A stretch of DNA of 64,000 nucleotides from a virus: positions 25,131 to 89,130 of IMG/VR virus record IMGVR_UViG_3300035199_001057. The stretch is one strand, 5' to 3'. A program made the position numbers and the translations under genes. Every line of letters starts with the position of its first letter. Within the stretch, counting starts at the first letter, position 1. Below are positions 39,338 through 48,287 of the stretch, one piece after another. The notes beneath the pieces were generated by a model. It saw only the letters and a program-made list of their open reading frames with translations. It had not been told where the DNA came from and ran no database searches.

Positions 39338-41050
39338 CTAAAAATCCCACTTTTTAAAATTTTCATAAACATATTGAGGCGCCGGGCGCCATTCGTATTC
39401 TCCCAGAAACAAAACAGGGGTATTGTGAGGGTTCCAATTTTCTTCATATCGTTGCGCATCGGACTTTTTCGACCATACCACGTGGGGGCAACCGCACAAC
39501 GATGCCAAATGCATTGGACCAGAAGAGGGGCCAATAGCTGCGCAGGCGTTTGAAAGTAGTGCTACGGTTTCCTCAAGTGGGATGTCGCGACAGTCTTTAG
39601 TACCCTCGATATGAAAAGCCTGCGCCGTCGTGCCAATGGACACAACACTATAACCGTCCGCGAGAAGAAGACCAACAAGTTCGCTCCAATTGTCGACCGA
39701 CCAGTTATCATCTTTACGTAACTCTCTCGCGCGGGCGTGAATTATAACAGTCTTGGAAGATTCTTCCCCCAATTTCTCTTGAAATTTCACATAGTTAGGG
39801 ACAATCAGGTGTTTGCTAAAGGGCTGTGGTTCTGTGAAGTGGGTATAAGGAGGGTTACCTACGCGTTTTGGCGCAGCCCAGGTGATATTCCACCCATCAT
39901 ACTCTTCGAATATCGCTTGAAACGTATCGCGATTGAGCTTGTGATCATGCATGAAAAAGGAATCCGCAAGACCGCCTGTTGCCGCATACCCAATAAAACG
40001 AGTCGCAAAATCTTTATATAGATACTCAGATGTGGGGCGCGCAATACAGACGGTTTCGTCGTAATGTTGCGACAGTTCGCGTATATACGCCTGCCACGCA
40101 AACAATTCCCAGCCAAACTCCCCTATCCAAGGCCCCGCAATCAAAACCTTGGGCTTTTGTACTTGAAAAGCTTTCTTTTCTAGCTGCTCTTCGTAATGTT
40201 TCACCACTCGCACAGCCCATTGATCACGCGTATACTTTTGTACTTCCTGATGTCCGGCTGTACTAATTCGCTGGCGCTCTTCTGGATGTTCTAAATAATA
40301 GTCAATTTTCGCGTTTAAATCGTCAATATCTTCAAAAATAACAAGATGTTCGCCATCTTGAAAGGTTTTTTCGCGACCTTCCCAATCGTCGGATAAAACA
40401 AACCCTTTGGCTCCCAAAAGCTTATAAATCCTGTCAGAAGCACCGGCAGTCGTACAAAAATTTAAATTAATCTTGCTGCGGCTAGCAATTTCTGAGTGTT
40501 TTTCGCCAAAAGCATTTGATATGACTTCTACACCGGCAGTCACTTGTTCGATTTTTCTTCGACGTTCTCCATAGAGATTCCCAATGAATGACACATCAAT
40601 ATCTTCCTCCAAATCCTTTGGGAACTCTAGATCCGAATCAAAACCATCAGGCACTAAAAACCCATGAGGGTTGTATTTCTTTGCTTCCTGAAGTACATTC
40701 TCTTTGTCACAACAAAAATAATCGCAATTTTTAGTTTTTTCAATAAATTCCGGGGTATTATAGGTTACGAGAGGGTCCGGGAACCAATAGCATAGCGCTG
40801 TCATTGAGCGACATATTTTAAAAACCTTAAGAGCGACGCCCGTGGCCTTGGCAAAGATAACCAAATCAGGCTTTTCTTCTTTTACCGTATTTACTATTTC
40901 ATCGTTACAAGCTGCGTATCCTAGCGCCTCTTGGCGGTGCGGGGTGCTATAAGGGATAACGGTGTGTCCTAGCTTCTGTAATCCCCGAAATTGAGAGGTA
41001 TTAGAGGATACTCCCTCGTTGTCGAACCTAGCTGCGTATAGTATTTTCAT
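39338..41050 (-). CDS. Two-domain glycosyltransferase: CgeB/GT4-like + GT9 (heptosyltransferase-like)
   Basis: DVSFIG, SKINLN, RIYKLLGAKGFVLSD, YYLEHPEERQRI; then NWSVDNW..LV, IGPSSGPMHLASLCGCP. Confidence 0.85.
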   Translation of the reverse strand: MKILYAARFDNEGVSSNTSQFRGLQKLGHTVIPYSTPHRQEALGYAACNDEIVNTVKEEKPDLVIFAKATGVALKVFKICRSMTALCYWFPDPLVTYNTPEFIEKTKNCDYFCCDKENVLQEAKKYNPHGFLVPDGFDSDLEFPKDLEEDIDVSFIGNLYGERRRKIEQVTAGVEVISNAFGEKHSEIASRSKINLNFCTTAGASDRIYKLLGAKGFVLSDDWEGREKTFQDGEHLVIFEDIDDLNAKIDYYLEHPEERQRISTAGHQEVQKYTRDQWAVRVVKHYEEQLEKKAFQVQKPKVLIAGPWIGEFGWELFAWQAYIRELSQHYDETVCIARPTSEYLYKDFATRFIGYAATGGLADSFFMHDHKLNRDTFQAIFEEYDGWNITWAAPKRVGNPPYTHFTEPQPFSKHLIVPNYVKFQEKLGEESSKTVIIHARARELRKDDNWSVDNWSELVGLLLADGYSVVSIGTTAQAFHIEGTKDCRDIPLEETVALLSNACAAIGPSSGPMHLASLCGCPHVVWSKKSDAQRYEENWNPHNTPVLFLGEYEWRPAPQYVYENFKKWDF

Positions 41051-41367
41051 TTTTCGAAAAACTCCCCGTCGTTAATTGCTTTGTCGTCGATGTAAAAATC
41101 AGCGGCCGGTTTCCCCAGCATTAGCTTGTGGAACTGAACCCCCCACTCTCTCAATTGCTGATAAGTGAAATCATATAAGAGCCGATAAGATTCTAATTCA
41201 TTCTGATTGGTGCGCCCCATGCCGCGGGCCGTGAGCATGATAATAGTATGACCAGCATCATAAAGGGAGTTTACCCTTTGGATGCGATCCCGGTGAGGTG
41301 TGGACTTCTCATAATCGCTTCCTTCGGTGGCGCAAATTGTTCCATCAATATCAAACACATACGTCAT
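41047..41367 (-). CDS. Small HAD phosphatase (capsule-biosynthesis phosphatase type)
   Basis: FDIDGTIC, LTARG, GKPAADFYIDDKA; ATG at 41367 overlaps transaldolase stop. Confidence 0.85.
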   Translation of the reverse strand: MTYVFDIDGTICATEGSDYEKSTPHRDRIQRVNSLYDAGHTIIMLTARGMGRTNQNELESYRLLYDFTYQQLREWGVQFHKLMLGKPAADFYIDDKAINDGEFFEK

Positions 41368-42032
41368 TATTCTATCCAATGAGAGAAATCTTTTAAAAAC
41401 CCTTCGACGGATTCATCGGTTTTGGGATGCTTAGTCGCCGCTACCAAAACTTTATAACCCGCAGTGACAATATGCGCACCGTTCGCCCATGCGTCTTCGA
41501 CATCATAAGCATTGCGAATGCTGCCGGCAATAATTTCACAATTTAAATTATTAATATTAATAACTTGACGCGTACGTTGAAGAACCTTAGCTGGGTTTCC
41601 TTGAACATCCAAAAGGCGATTGTAAAATAAAGATACATAGCGCGCCCCAGCATGCGCGGCCAACTGTAACTGTGTTGCTGAGAAACAACACGTACAATTA
41701 ACTTCTATGCCCGCTTCCGTTAAGTCGTGTACAACTTGGAGTTCCTCATAGCCAATGGGGATTTTAATATTAAGATTGGAATACCCAATTTTTTCTTTCA
41801 TTTCAAAGGCTTGGTGGAGCATCGCGGAAGGCTCCTGCGCAAAAACTTCTGCGCTCAGCGGAACATTTCCATACGTGCTACATAAAAACGCGATCTTTTT
41901 AATGTGCTCAAAGAAGTCTGCTTTAGGCTCTTTGGCTAACAATGAAGGGTTGGTTGTCACCCCGCGAATCACTCCCTTTTTAAGAGCGTCTTCAATCTCA
42001 ACTAAATTTGCGGTGTCTAAAAAGTATTTCAT
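41367..42032 (-). CDS. Transaldolase (TalC/Fsa family)
   Basis: FLDTANL, GVTTNPSL, IKIP, NCTCCFS, YVSLFYNR, IIAGSIR, HPKTD. Confidence 0.92.
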   Translation of the reverse strand: MKYFLDTANLVEIEDALKKGVIRGVTTNPSLLAKEPKADFFEHIKKIAFLCSTYGNVPLSAEVFAQEPSAMLHQAFEMKEKIGYSNLNIKIPIGYEELQVVHDLTEAGIEVNCTCCFSATQLQLAAHAGARYVSLFYNRLLDVQGNPAKVLQRTRQVININNLNCEIIAGSIRNAYDVEDAWANGAHIVTAGYKVLVAATKHPKTDESVEGFLKDFSHWIE

Positions 42033-42454
42033 TCGGTATCCTCCGTGTGTACATATGTGGTGCCATCCTCAACAATATGAGAATCGCCGTCGTCATCGCG
42101 TGTTGAGGTTTCAATTATTACACAATCTGTTACAGCCATGCGCATATGCATGAGGCCGACAGGAATGTGAAAAAGATCCCCCTCGTTTAAAATCAATGAA
42201 GTATTCTTTGCGCGTCCAATGCGCATACCTACCTTGAGAATCCCACGTTCAATATAATAAGATTCTTCTTTTTTAACGTGATATTCCAAACTGCTTTGTG
42301 TCCCTTTGCGCATAAAGATTCGCTTTACAGTATAATCGGGACCCTGAGCTAATGTCCTCATGTCCCCCCAATATTTCTCAACCACAGGAAGAGATGGGGC
42401 TTTCATGGGAACGTTTTGAATTCCATAGAGAATGTCGGTGCCCTTATTGGCCAT
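42029..42454 (-). CDS. Cupin-domain protein (mannose-6-phosphate isomerase type II-like)
   Basis: VEKYWG, SSLEYHVKKEE, IPVGLMHM, IETST. Confidence 0.8.
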   Translation of the reverse strand: MANKGTDILYGIQNVPMKAPSLPVVEKYWGDMRTLAQGPDYTVKRIFMRKGTQSSLEYHVKKEESYYIERGILKVGMRIGRAKNTSLILNEGDLFHIPVGLMHMRMAVTDCVIIETSTRDDDGDSHIVEDGTTYVHTEDTE

Positions 42455-43139
42455 AATATTTTTTATCTCCATGTTTGCGCAAAAAATGTTTGTCTAGCAA
42501 TGCTGAATCACAGGTTACAGTTCTATTATAGCGCATTGGGCGCGTTAATACCAGAGTTTTATACGCCATTTCTGCGATATTTTCCAAAACAATGGCGCAC
42601 TCAAGCGCTTCTTCCATTGAACTCCCCCACACAAACACTCCATGTGCCGGCGAAAGAGCCGCTTTCACCGACATGGGTGAAATATTTCTTGTAGTAAAAT
42701 GGTCTATAATTTTCAAACCTGTATTCTTCTCATAGTCCGTTTGGATTTCTTCTTCCGTCAAGTCTTCCACCACTGGAATAGGGCCATAAAAATAGTCAGC
42801 ATGGGTAGTGCCAAAGCATGGAATGTCCAACTTGGCCTGGGCAAAAATAGTACAATACTTGGAATGAGTGTGTACTATGCTATTGATTGCGGGAAACGCG
42901 TTATACAGGGCCAAGTGAGTGGGAGTATCCACCGATGGCTTTTTACCTTTCAGGTGGCGACCGGTCTTCAGATCCACTGTCGCTATATCCCTAGTCATTA
43001 GTTCCTCAAAAGGCACTCCCGATGGCTTGATGTACATGCGGTCGCCCGATTTAGTTCGACAACTGGCGTTCCCCCAAGTTAAAATGACGAGTCCTTCGTT
43101 AATAAGGGCCTGATTTGTTTTAATTAATTTTTTTAACAT
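42444..43139 (-). CDS. araD: L-ribulose-5-phosphate 4-epimerase (class II aldolase family)
   Basis: TWGNAS, IKPSGV, PSVDTPTH, VHTHS, GTTHADYFYGPIP, HGVFVWG, LLDKHFLRKHG..KYYGQ. Confidence 0.93.
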   Translation of the reverse strand: MLKKLIKTNQALINEGLVILTWGNASCRTKSGDRMYIKPSGVPFEELMTRDIATVDLKTGRHLKGKKPSVDTPTHLALYNAFPAINSIVHTHSKYCTIFAQAKLDIPCFGTTHADYFYGPIPVVEDLTEEEIQTDYEKNTGLKIIDHFTTRNISPMSVKAALSPAHGVFVWGSSMEEALECAIVLENIAEMAYKTLVLTRPMRYNRTVTCDSALLDKHFLRKHGDKKYYGQ

Positions 43140-44061
43140 AGTCTCTAAACGTTTCGTAAGCAGGAGTACCGCTGCCGCGTTGCTGGACCGCCAAACCTGC
43201 CCATATATTACTCAGCTTCAGGGCCTCGACCGGGCGGCGTTTGTAATCAGTCATGCTGAGGAGGGCTAAAAAACTGTCGCCTGCTCCACATGTATCTACG
43301 ACGCGTATGGAATCAAGGGCCGAAACGTCCCATATCCGGTCTAAAACTAGTTGGGCGCCCTCGTCACCGCGGGTTATACATAGATTAGCATTGAATAGCT
43401 TTTGCAACTCGCGTACATTGGCCGTGTGAATTGCGCAATTGTCGGTGAACTCCGCTTGGTTGAGACAAATCAAATCAACGTCTTTGTACAATAAATGATT
43501 AGAGGTGTGCGTTGAAGTTTGAGAACTCGCTATAATGGGCGCAGTGCTATTTTCCTTCACGATCCTCACAATTGGCGCGCTTAAAAGGCCGCCGCGATAA
43601 TCAACCAATACTACCCTATCATACTCTTCTTCCAGCGCACGTTGGAGCACTTCTATATTGTGCGCAGATAACTCCGCTAGGCCACCGCCTCTGTTCACCT
43701 GAAGATGTTTATAGGCAGTGTCGCCATGCGCAATCCAATAGCGGCTTTTAACAATATTTTCATATTCTTCTTCATATAACCCTATGAAATTAAGGCGCTC
43801 CTCTTTGTGCTCTTCCAGGGTGTGCCGATATTCGTCATTACCCACGAGAGTTACAAATGTACATTGTGCGCCAAGGGCTAATATATTTTTTACTACGTTG
43901 TACGCGCCACCAAAAGAGTATTCCTTCGAAGTTTCGACCGCCTTAAGAGTGGGGCTTTCCAAAGAAAGCCCAGCCGCGTCCGCATGAATAGTGGCATCAA
44001 GGATGCTGTCTCCAATGACCAAAACGTGAACATTTTTGAAGGATTTAATTATTTCTTCCAT
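43120..44061 (-). CDS. PfkB-family sugar kinase, HldE/RfaE domain I-like
   Basis: VLVIGDSILD, LSLESP, GGAYNV, LVDYRGG, TRGDEG, DTCGAGD. Confidence 0.88.
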   Translation of the reverse strand: MEEIIKSFKNVHVLVIGDSILDATIHADAAGLSLESPTLKAVETSKEYSFGGAYNVVKNILALGAQCTFVTLVGNDEYRHTLEEHKEERLNFIGLYEEEYENIVKSRYWIAHGDTAYKHLQVNRGGGLAELSAHNIEVLQRALEEEYDRVVLVDYRGGLLSAPIVRIVKENSTAPIIASSQTSTHTSNHLLYKDVDLICLNQAEFTDNCAIHTANVRELQKLFNANLCITRGDEGAQLVLDRIWDVSALDSIRVVDTCGAGDSFLALLSMTDYKRRPVEALKLSNIWAGLAVQQRGSGTPAYETFRDYVKKIN

Positions 44062-44921
44062 GTCTCTTTAGACCGCGCTTTTTTAATAATTTCAGTGGTA
44101 GAGTAATTGTCGACAAAAGGGCAGATCTTTATTTCAATATCCGCGGATACATTGTCTCGTTCGCGCACTTCGTCGGCTGTCCATTCCCCCCCTTTTACGA
44201 GGATGTCTGGTTGAATAGATTCGCGCGTATCGTGTGGATCCACATTATCAAATATAATAACCTGATCCACTGGCGCCAAGGACTCTAAGACTTTTTTGCG
44301 ATCGGACTCTGTGTTAATAGGCCTTGATGGGCCTTTAAATTCTCGTACCGCTGCGTCCGAATTAATGCCAACCACGAGCTTGTTGCCCAAGCTCTTCGCG
44401 AACCTCAATAGTTCAATATGACCCGTATGAATGATATCAAACACACCGTTGGTAAAAACAATCTTTTCCCCTTTGTTTTTAGAAAGCTTTTCTATTCGCT
44501 TAACATGGCGTCCCTCCCCAAAGTCGGTGCCGAACCATGAATCCAAAATATGTTGCACTTGTTGATAGGGAGTGAGCCAGCTTCCGAGGCAAAGTACATT
44601 AGCATTATTATGCTCGCGGCACTTAGGGGCTGTAAACTCGTTGTGTATTAAAGCAGCGCGTACTGTTTCATGTCTATTGGCCGCAATGCTCATGCCCACG
44701 CCAGTGCCACAAATTAAAATACCTTTGGCAACCTCTCCATCCGTGATAATGTGAGAAAGTTGATCCGCGTAGTCAACATAATCTACTTTTATATCTTCTT
44801 GGTGGGGGCCCAAGTCTAGGGGAACAATGCCGTGCTCTTTTAGATACTTCTTAATTTGGGCTTTGAGGGTAAACCCGTTGTGGTCAGAGGCAATAACAAC
44901 TATGGATGGAGCTTCTTTCAT
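44049..44921 (-). CDS. Fusion of RpiB/LacAB sugar-phosphate isomerase and HldE/RfaE domain II nucleotidyltransferase
   Basis: ASDHNG, CGTGVGMSIAANR, HNNANVL, GRHVKR; then FTNGVFDIIHTGH, VGINSD, KGPSRP, PDILVKG, YSTT; ATG at 44921. Confidence 0.92.
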   Translation of the reverse strand: MKEAPSIVVIASDHNGFTLKAQIKKYLKEHGIVPLDLGPHQEDIKVDYVDYADQLSHIITDGEVAKGILICGTGVGMSIAANRHETVRAALIHNEFTAPKCREHNNANVLCLGSWLTPYQQVQHILDSWFGTDFGEGRHVKRIEKLSKNKGEKIVFTNGVFDIIHTGHIELLRFAKSLGNKLVVGINSDAAVREFKGPSRPINTESDRKKVLESLAPVDQVIIFDNVDPHDTRESIQPDILVKGGEWTADEVRERDNVSADIEIKICPFVDNYSTTEIIKKARSKETWKK

Positions 44922-44925
44922 TATA

Positions 44926-45768
44926 TTATTTCTCTTGTAGTAATGCCATAAACAATTCATATGCGCGCCCGCGTCGGGAAATAAGATCCGCGAGCAACTC
45001 TTCGCCACTCAACGTAAAACATTCCTCGCTGGCGAAGCCTAGCATTTTTTTCTTTGTAAGAAGTTTACAGTTAAGCATCTTGGCTTCCGCAGCTAGGCGA
45101 CAAAAAGTCTCCAACACTTGAGGAAAGAAAACCAACACTTTATACTGCGCTAGTTGCGCTAAAAGTTCTTTTTCTCCGCAAGGTTCGATATCATCAAAAG
45201 AGATATTGTTTTTTTTACAATACTCCGCCGCCTGGTAATATCCCTTAACAGGGTTCCTAGATTTAAGTATAGCATATTCTCTAGTTTTTGCAACCCCCAT
45301 GAGCGACTGGATGTATTTTAGCTTCGAATCCTCCCAGAGACTACAACCGATATTATATACGTTAGTAATTTGAAGGTTGTTCTCCATTATTGTTTTACAT
45401 ATATCGCTCAAGACCACCACTCCATGAGCATTTCTATAAAAATCTTGATTGATCAACTGTTCGGCGGGTACAACAAAATCGCGAAAAACGCTCGGATCTC
45501 GGGTTCTTACATATTTGTGATCATGTTCATAGATAATATATTTTTTTTGACGAAGCTCTTGTTTAAAATATTCGGGGAGTTGCGTGAAATTTCCAAGTAT
45601 AAATGTGTCATACTGAGAGAGGGTTTTGTCTGTGACGGTTGCGCATTGAATCTTGTCTATATGAATATTCTGAAAAGCAAGGTGGTTAATTAAGACGCTG
45701 TCATTTGATTCACCGCCCCCAAGATATTGGTCTCGGAAAATGTCGGCCACAAAAGCTACTTTTTTCAC
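44926..45768 (-). CDS. Putative glycosyltransferase (GT-B-like)
   Basis: GGGESND, YEHDHKY, ETFCRLAAEAKMLNC; GTG start overlaps previous TGA. Confidence 0.65.
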   Translation of the reverse strand: MKKVAFVADIFRDQYLGGGESNDSVLINHLAFQNIHIDKIQCATVTDKTLSQYDTFILGNFTQLPEYFKQELRQKKYIIYEHDHKYVRTRDPSVFRDFVVPAEQLINQDFYRNAHGVVVLSDICKTIMENNLQITNVYNIGCSLWEDSKLKYIQSLMGVAKTREYAILKSRNPVKGYYQAAEYCKKNNISFDDIEPCGEKELLAQLAQYKVLVFFPQVLETFCRLAAEAKMLNCKLLTKKKMLGFASEECFTLSGEELLADLISRRGRAYELFMALLQEK

Positions 45769-47015
45769 GCGATTTCTACTTCGTCTAAGGTGCGCCCCCA
45801 TGCCACATCTGTTCGATGTCTCTCGATAACCGCCGCCATCTTCGCATACTGGTTTTCCTCAGAAAAGTTCTTTAGGATCCACTTTTGAAGCTTTTTGGCT
45901 TGAGACTTATAGCGGCCATGGTCTTTGTATACTTCTCGCAGGCGCATCTTGTAAGAACCTTGCTGGGGAAAACACCACATGGAGTCTTTTTGAATCACCC
46001 CTTCCCATACAGCCTCGGGCTGGACAGGGCCAATGTCACACCCAACGGTGGCAAAATGGGGGCGCATCTTCTCGCGGCCTTTCTTGTCTTTTTTAGGCAT
46101 ACAGAGAAAATCTAAGTATCCACTCCACTCAGGCGCTAGAACCGGAAGCCCGGAATAAGCGGCCTCGAAATGAGGGAGGCCAAAACCTTCGCCATGGGCC
46201 AGGGAAACAAAGGCCTTAATTGTGGGAGAGATATAAAGGGAATGGATCTCCTCTTCAGACATATCTCCATGTAACAGGTATACCTTGCATTGTCGAGCAG
46301 GATAGGGAGAGAGTAGTTTCCGAAGTGTGTTCATTGCCATTCTTCGATCAAGCAGGGATCCGCCCTTCGAAAAGGTTTTAACAACGAGGCCAACATCAGG
46401 ATTGTCAATAAATTCCTCCACGAACCAGCGGACTGTATTTTCCACATTTTTTCGAGGGCCCCACTGGGCCATGGTCAAGAAGTTAAACTTTGTCGTTAAA
46501 GATAAGTCCAAGTCGACCTTCTTATAATTTTTTACAGGGTAGTGTACCACTTCTACGTTTGGATTACATCTCAAAGTAATCTGCTGTCCGGTAGTTTTGT
46601 GGGTGCCCTCGTATTCAGTGCCAACTAAGCTATTTCTTCCATGAGAAGAAACCGTTATGACCTCATCCATCATGTTTGCGCGTTCGAGCCATACAGGTGC
46701 CACTTTGGTAGTTTCTATTCCTGCGGTTACACCAATATTAATAGGGGCAATACGCTCCCACTCATTTGGAATTCCCACTTGGATGCTCATATCAATAGGC
46801 AACTGTTGTTGTTGAAGTTGAACCGTTTTGCCAACCAAGGAGTCAAGCCATTGTCGTTCTTCGGTGTCTTCCCAGACCCAACTAGATTGTCCCCACTCAG
46901 TAGGGGCAAAATATATATCTATTCCTTCGACTTTGCGCAATGCGCGCAATACAAACCGAGCATGTTCGCCGTACCCGGTACGAGTCAGCGCTGGGCCTTT
47001 TACTAATACTTTCAT
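45765..47015 (-). CDS. Glycosyltransferase family 4
   Basis: TGYGEHAR, RKN, HGEGFGLPHFEAAYSGLPV, WSGYLDF. Confidence 0.9.
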   Translation of the reverse strand: MKVLVKGPALTRTGYGEHARFVLRALRKVEGIDIYFAPTEWGQSSWVWEDTEERQWLDSLVGKTVQLQQQQLPIDMSIQVGIPNEWERIAPINIGVTAGIETTKVAPVWLERANMMDEVITVSSHGRNSLVGTEYEGTHKTTGQQITLRCNPNVEVVHYPVKNYKKVDLDLSLTTKFNFLTMAQWGPRKNVENTVRWFVEEFIDNPDVGLVVKTFSKGGSLLDRRMAMNTLRKLLSPYPARQCKVYLLHGDMSEEEIHSLYISPTIKAFVSLAHGEGFGLPHFEAAYSGLPVLAPEWSGYLDFLCMPKKDKKGREKMRPHFATVGCDIGPVQPEAVWEGVIQKDSMWCFPQQGSYKMRLREVYKDHGRYKSQAKKLQKWILKNFSEENQYAKMAAVIERHRTDVAWGRTLDEVEIA

Positions 47016-48280
47016 TAGGCTACCTCCTCAACTGTCCAAGCCTGGGGTGCATTTCGCGTCTCCCAGGATCCTAGTTTCTCATGAATATCTGTAAGAATCT
47101 TATCCCAATTGCTACAGAAATCTTCAAAATTATAGTTCTTTTGTACATGCGCTCTGCCGGCGGCGCCTAGGGCTGCTCGTTCTTCTGTGGTTTTATTATA
47201 CATTTCCACAAGAGCGTCAACTACTACTTCTTCTGACAAGCGATCTTCGTAAATATAGGGGATCGATTGGGATCCAATAATTGCCTTCGAAGTTGGCTCT
47301 AGACCAACGCCGAACCAATTTTCACCGTCGGTTACTTGCTCTTGAAGGCCGCCTGTCATAGTAACAATAATCGGAGTCTCGCATGCTAGCGACTCTAAGG
47401 TTGCGAGGCCAAAACCTTCGGCATCGGATACGTTAATGGTACAGTCAGCTGAATTATACATCAATGCTAGCCTGTGCTGGTCAACCTTCTGTTGACTAAA
47501 TAGCACCTCTCCATTATCAAGCCCCAAATTGTTGATGATTGCCTCTAGATCTTGACCATGGTTATCTTTAACCTCGGTATGCATAACTAAGCATGCCTTG
47601 TCTTTCCCTACTTTTTCTAAAAACTTCCCAAACCAAAAGATCAAAGACCCGCTCTGTTTTCGTCGAGCGTTCCGATTATTCCAAAAGAAAACCATCTTGT
47701 CCGGTGAGTAGTGTTCTCCCAGCGCGCTTTTCTTAAACTCTTCGACGTGCTCTTTTTCGAGGCGGGAGAACACGCTTGTATCAACTGAGTGCGGAACGTA
47801 CCGGCAGTCTACTGTTGGGGATACGGTCTTTACAACGTCCTCGGTTACCTTCGAAATCGCCAAAACCACGTCATTGGAATCATAAAAAACTTTATTAAAA
47901 TCCGGATAAGGATAATTGTCCCATACGTGATAGTAGACCATGGGCATGTGAGGGCGGATTTCATTTTCCATCTCCCACAGCCAGCCCCAGAATCGCGGAT
48001 CGGTCATAAACCAGAGGATATCAGGTTTGTGTGAGCGCATAATTGATCGAATCATCTCCTGAGTACCGTACCCGTCGACGGGATAGATAACCCAATCGTC
48101 TTCAAACTCTTTAGTTTTAATGGGATCATAATTAGGATGCTTCACAGCACCTCCTAAAGACACCACTTCATATTTACCTGTCCTAAGAATCGATTCAATC
48201 ATGTATTTGGTTTGTGTGCCTACCCCGGATGGAGAAAGCGGCATATCGCCAAGTGTTAAAATTTTTATTTTTTTATCCAT
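47015..48280 (-). CDS. Glycosyltransferase family 4
   Basis: SGVG, NRNARRK, EGFGLATLESLACETPII, TGGLQEQ; ATG at 48280. Confidence 0.92.
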   Translation of the reverse strand: MDKKIKILTLGDMPLSPSGVGTQTKYMIESILRTGKYEVVSLGGAVKHPNYDPIKTKEFEDDWVIYPVDGYGTQEMIRSIMRSHKPDILWFMTDPRFWGWLWEMENEIRPHMPMVYYHVWDNYPYPDFNKVFYDSNDVVLAISKVTEDVVKTVSPTVDCRYVPHSVDTSVFSRLEKEHVEEFKKSALGEHYSPDKMVFFWNNRNARRKQSGSLIFWFGKFLEKVGKDKACLVMHTEVKDNHGQDLEAIINNLGLDNGEVLFSQQKVDQHRLALMYNSADCTINVSDAEGFGLATLESLACETPIIVTMTGGLQEQVTDGENWFGVGLEPTSKAIIGSQSIPYIYEDRLSEEVVVDALVEMYNKTTEERAALGAAGRAHVQKNYNFEDFCSNWDKILTDIHEKLGSWETRNAPQAWTVEEVA

Positions 48281-48287
48281 TCGTCCC

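Noticed and set aside
24604-48280. Bacterial chromosomal O-antigen or capsule locus
   Set aside because: Flanked seamlessly by phage genes, and lacks wzx, wzy, wzm, wzt and a priming transferase.
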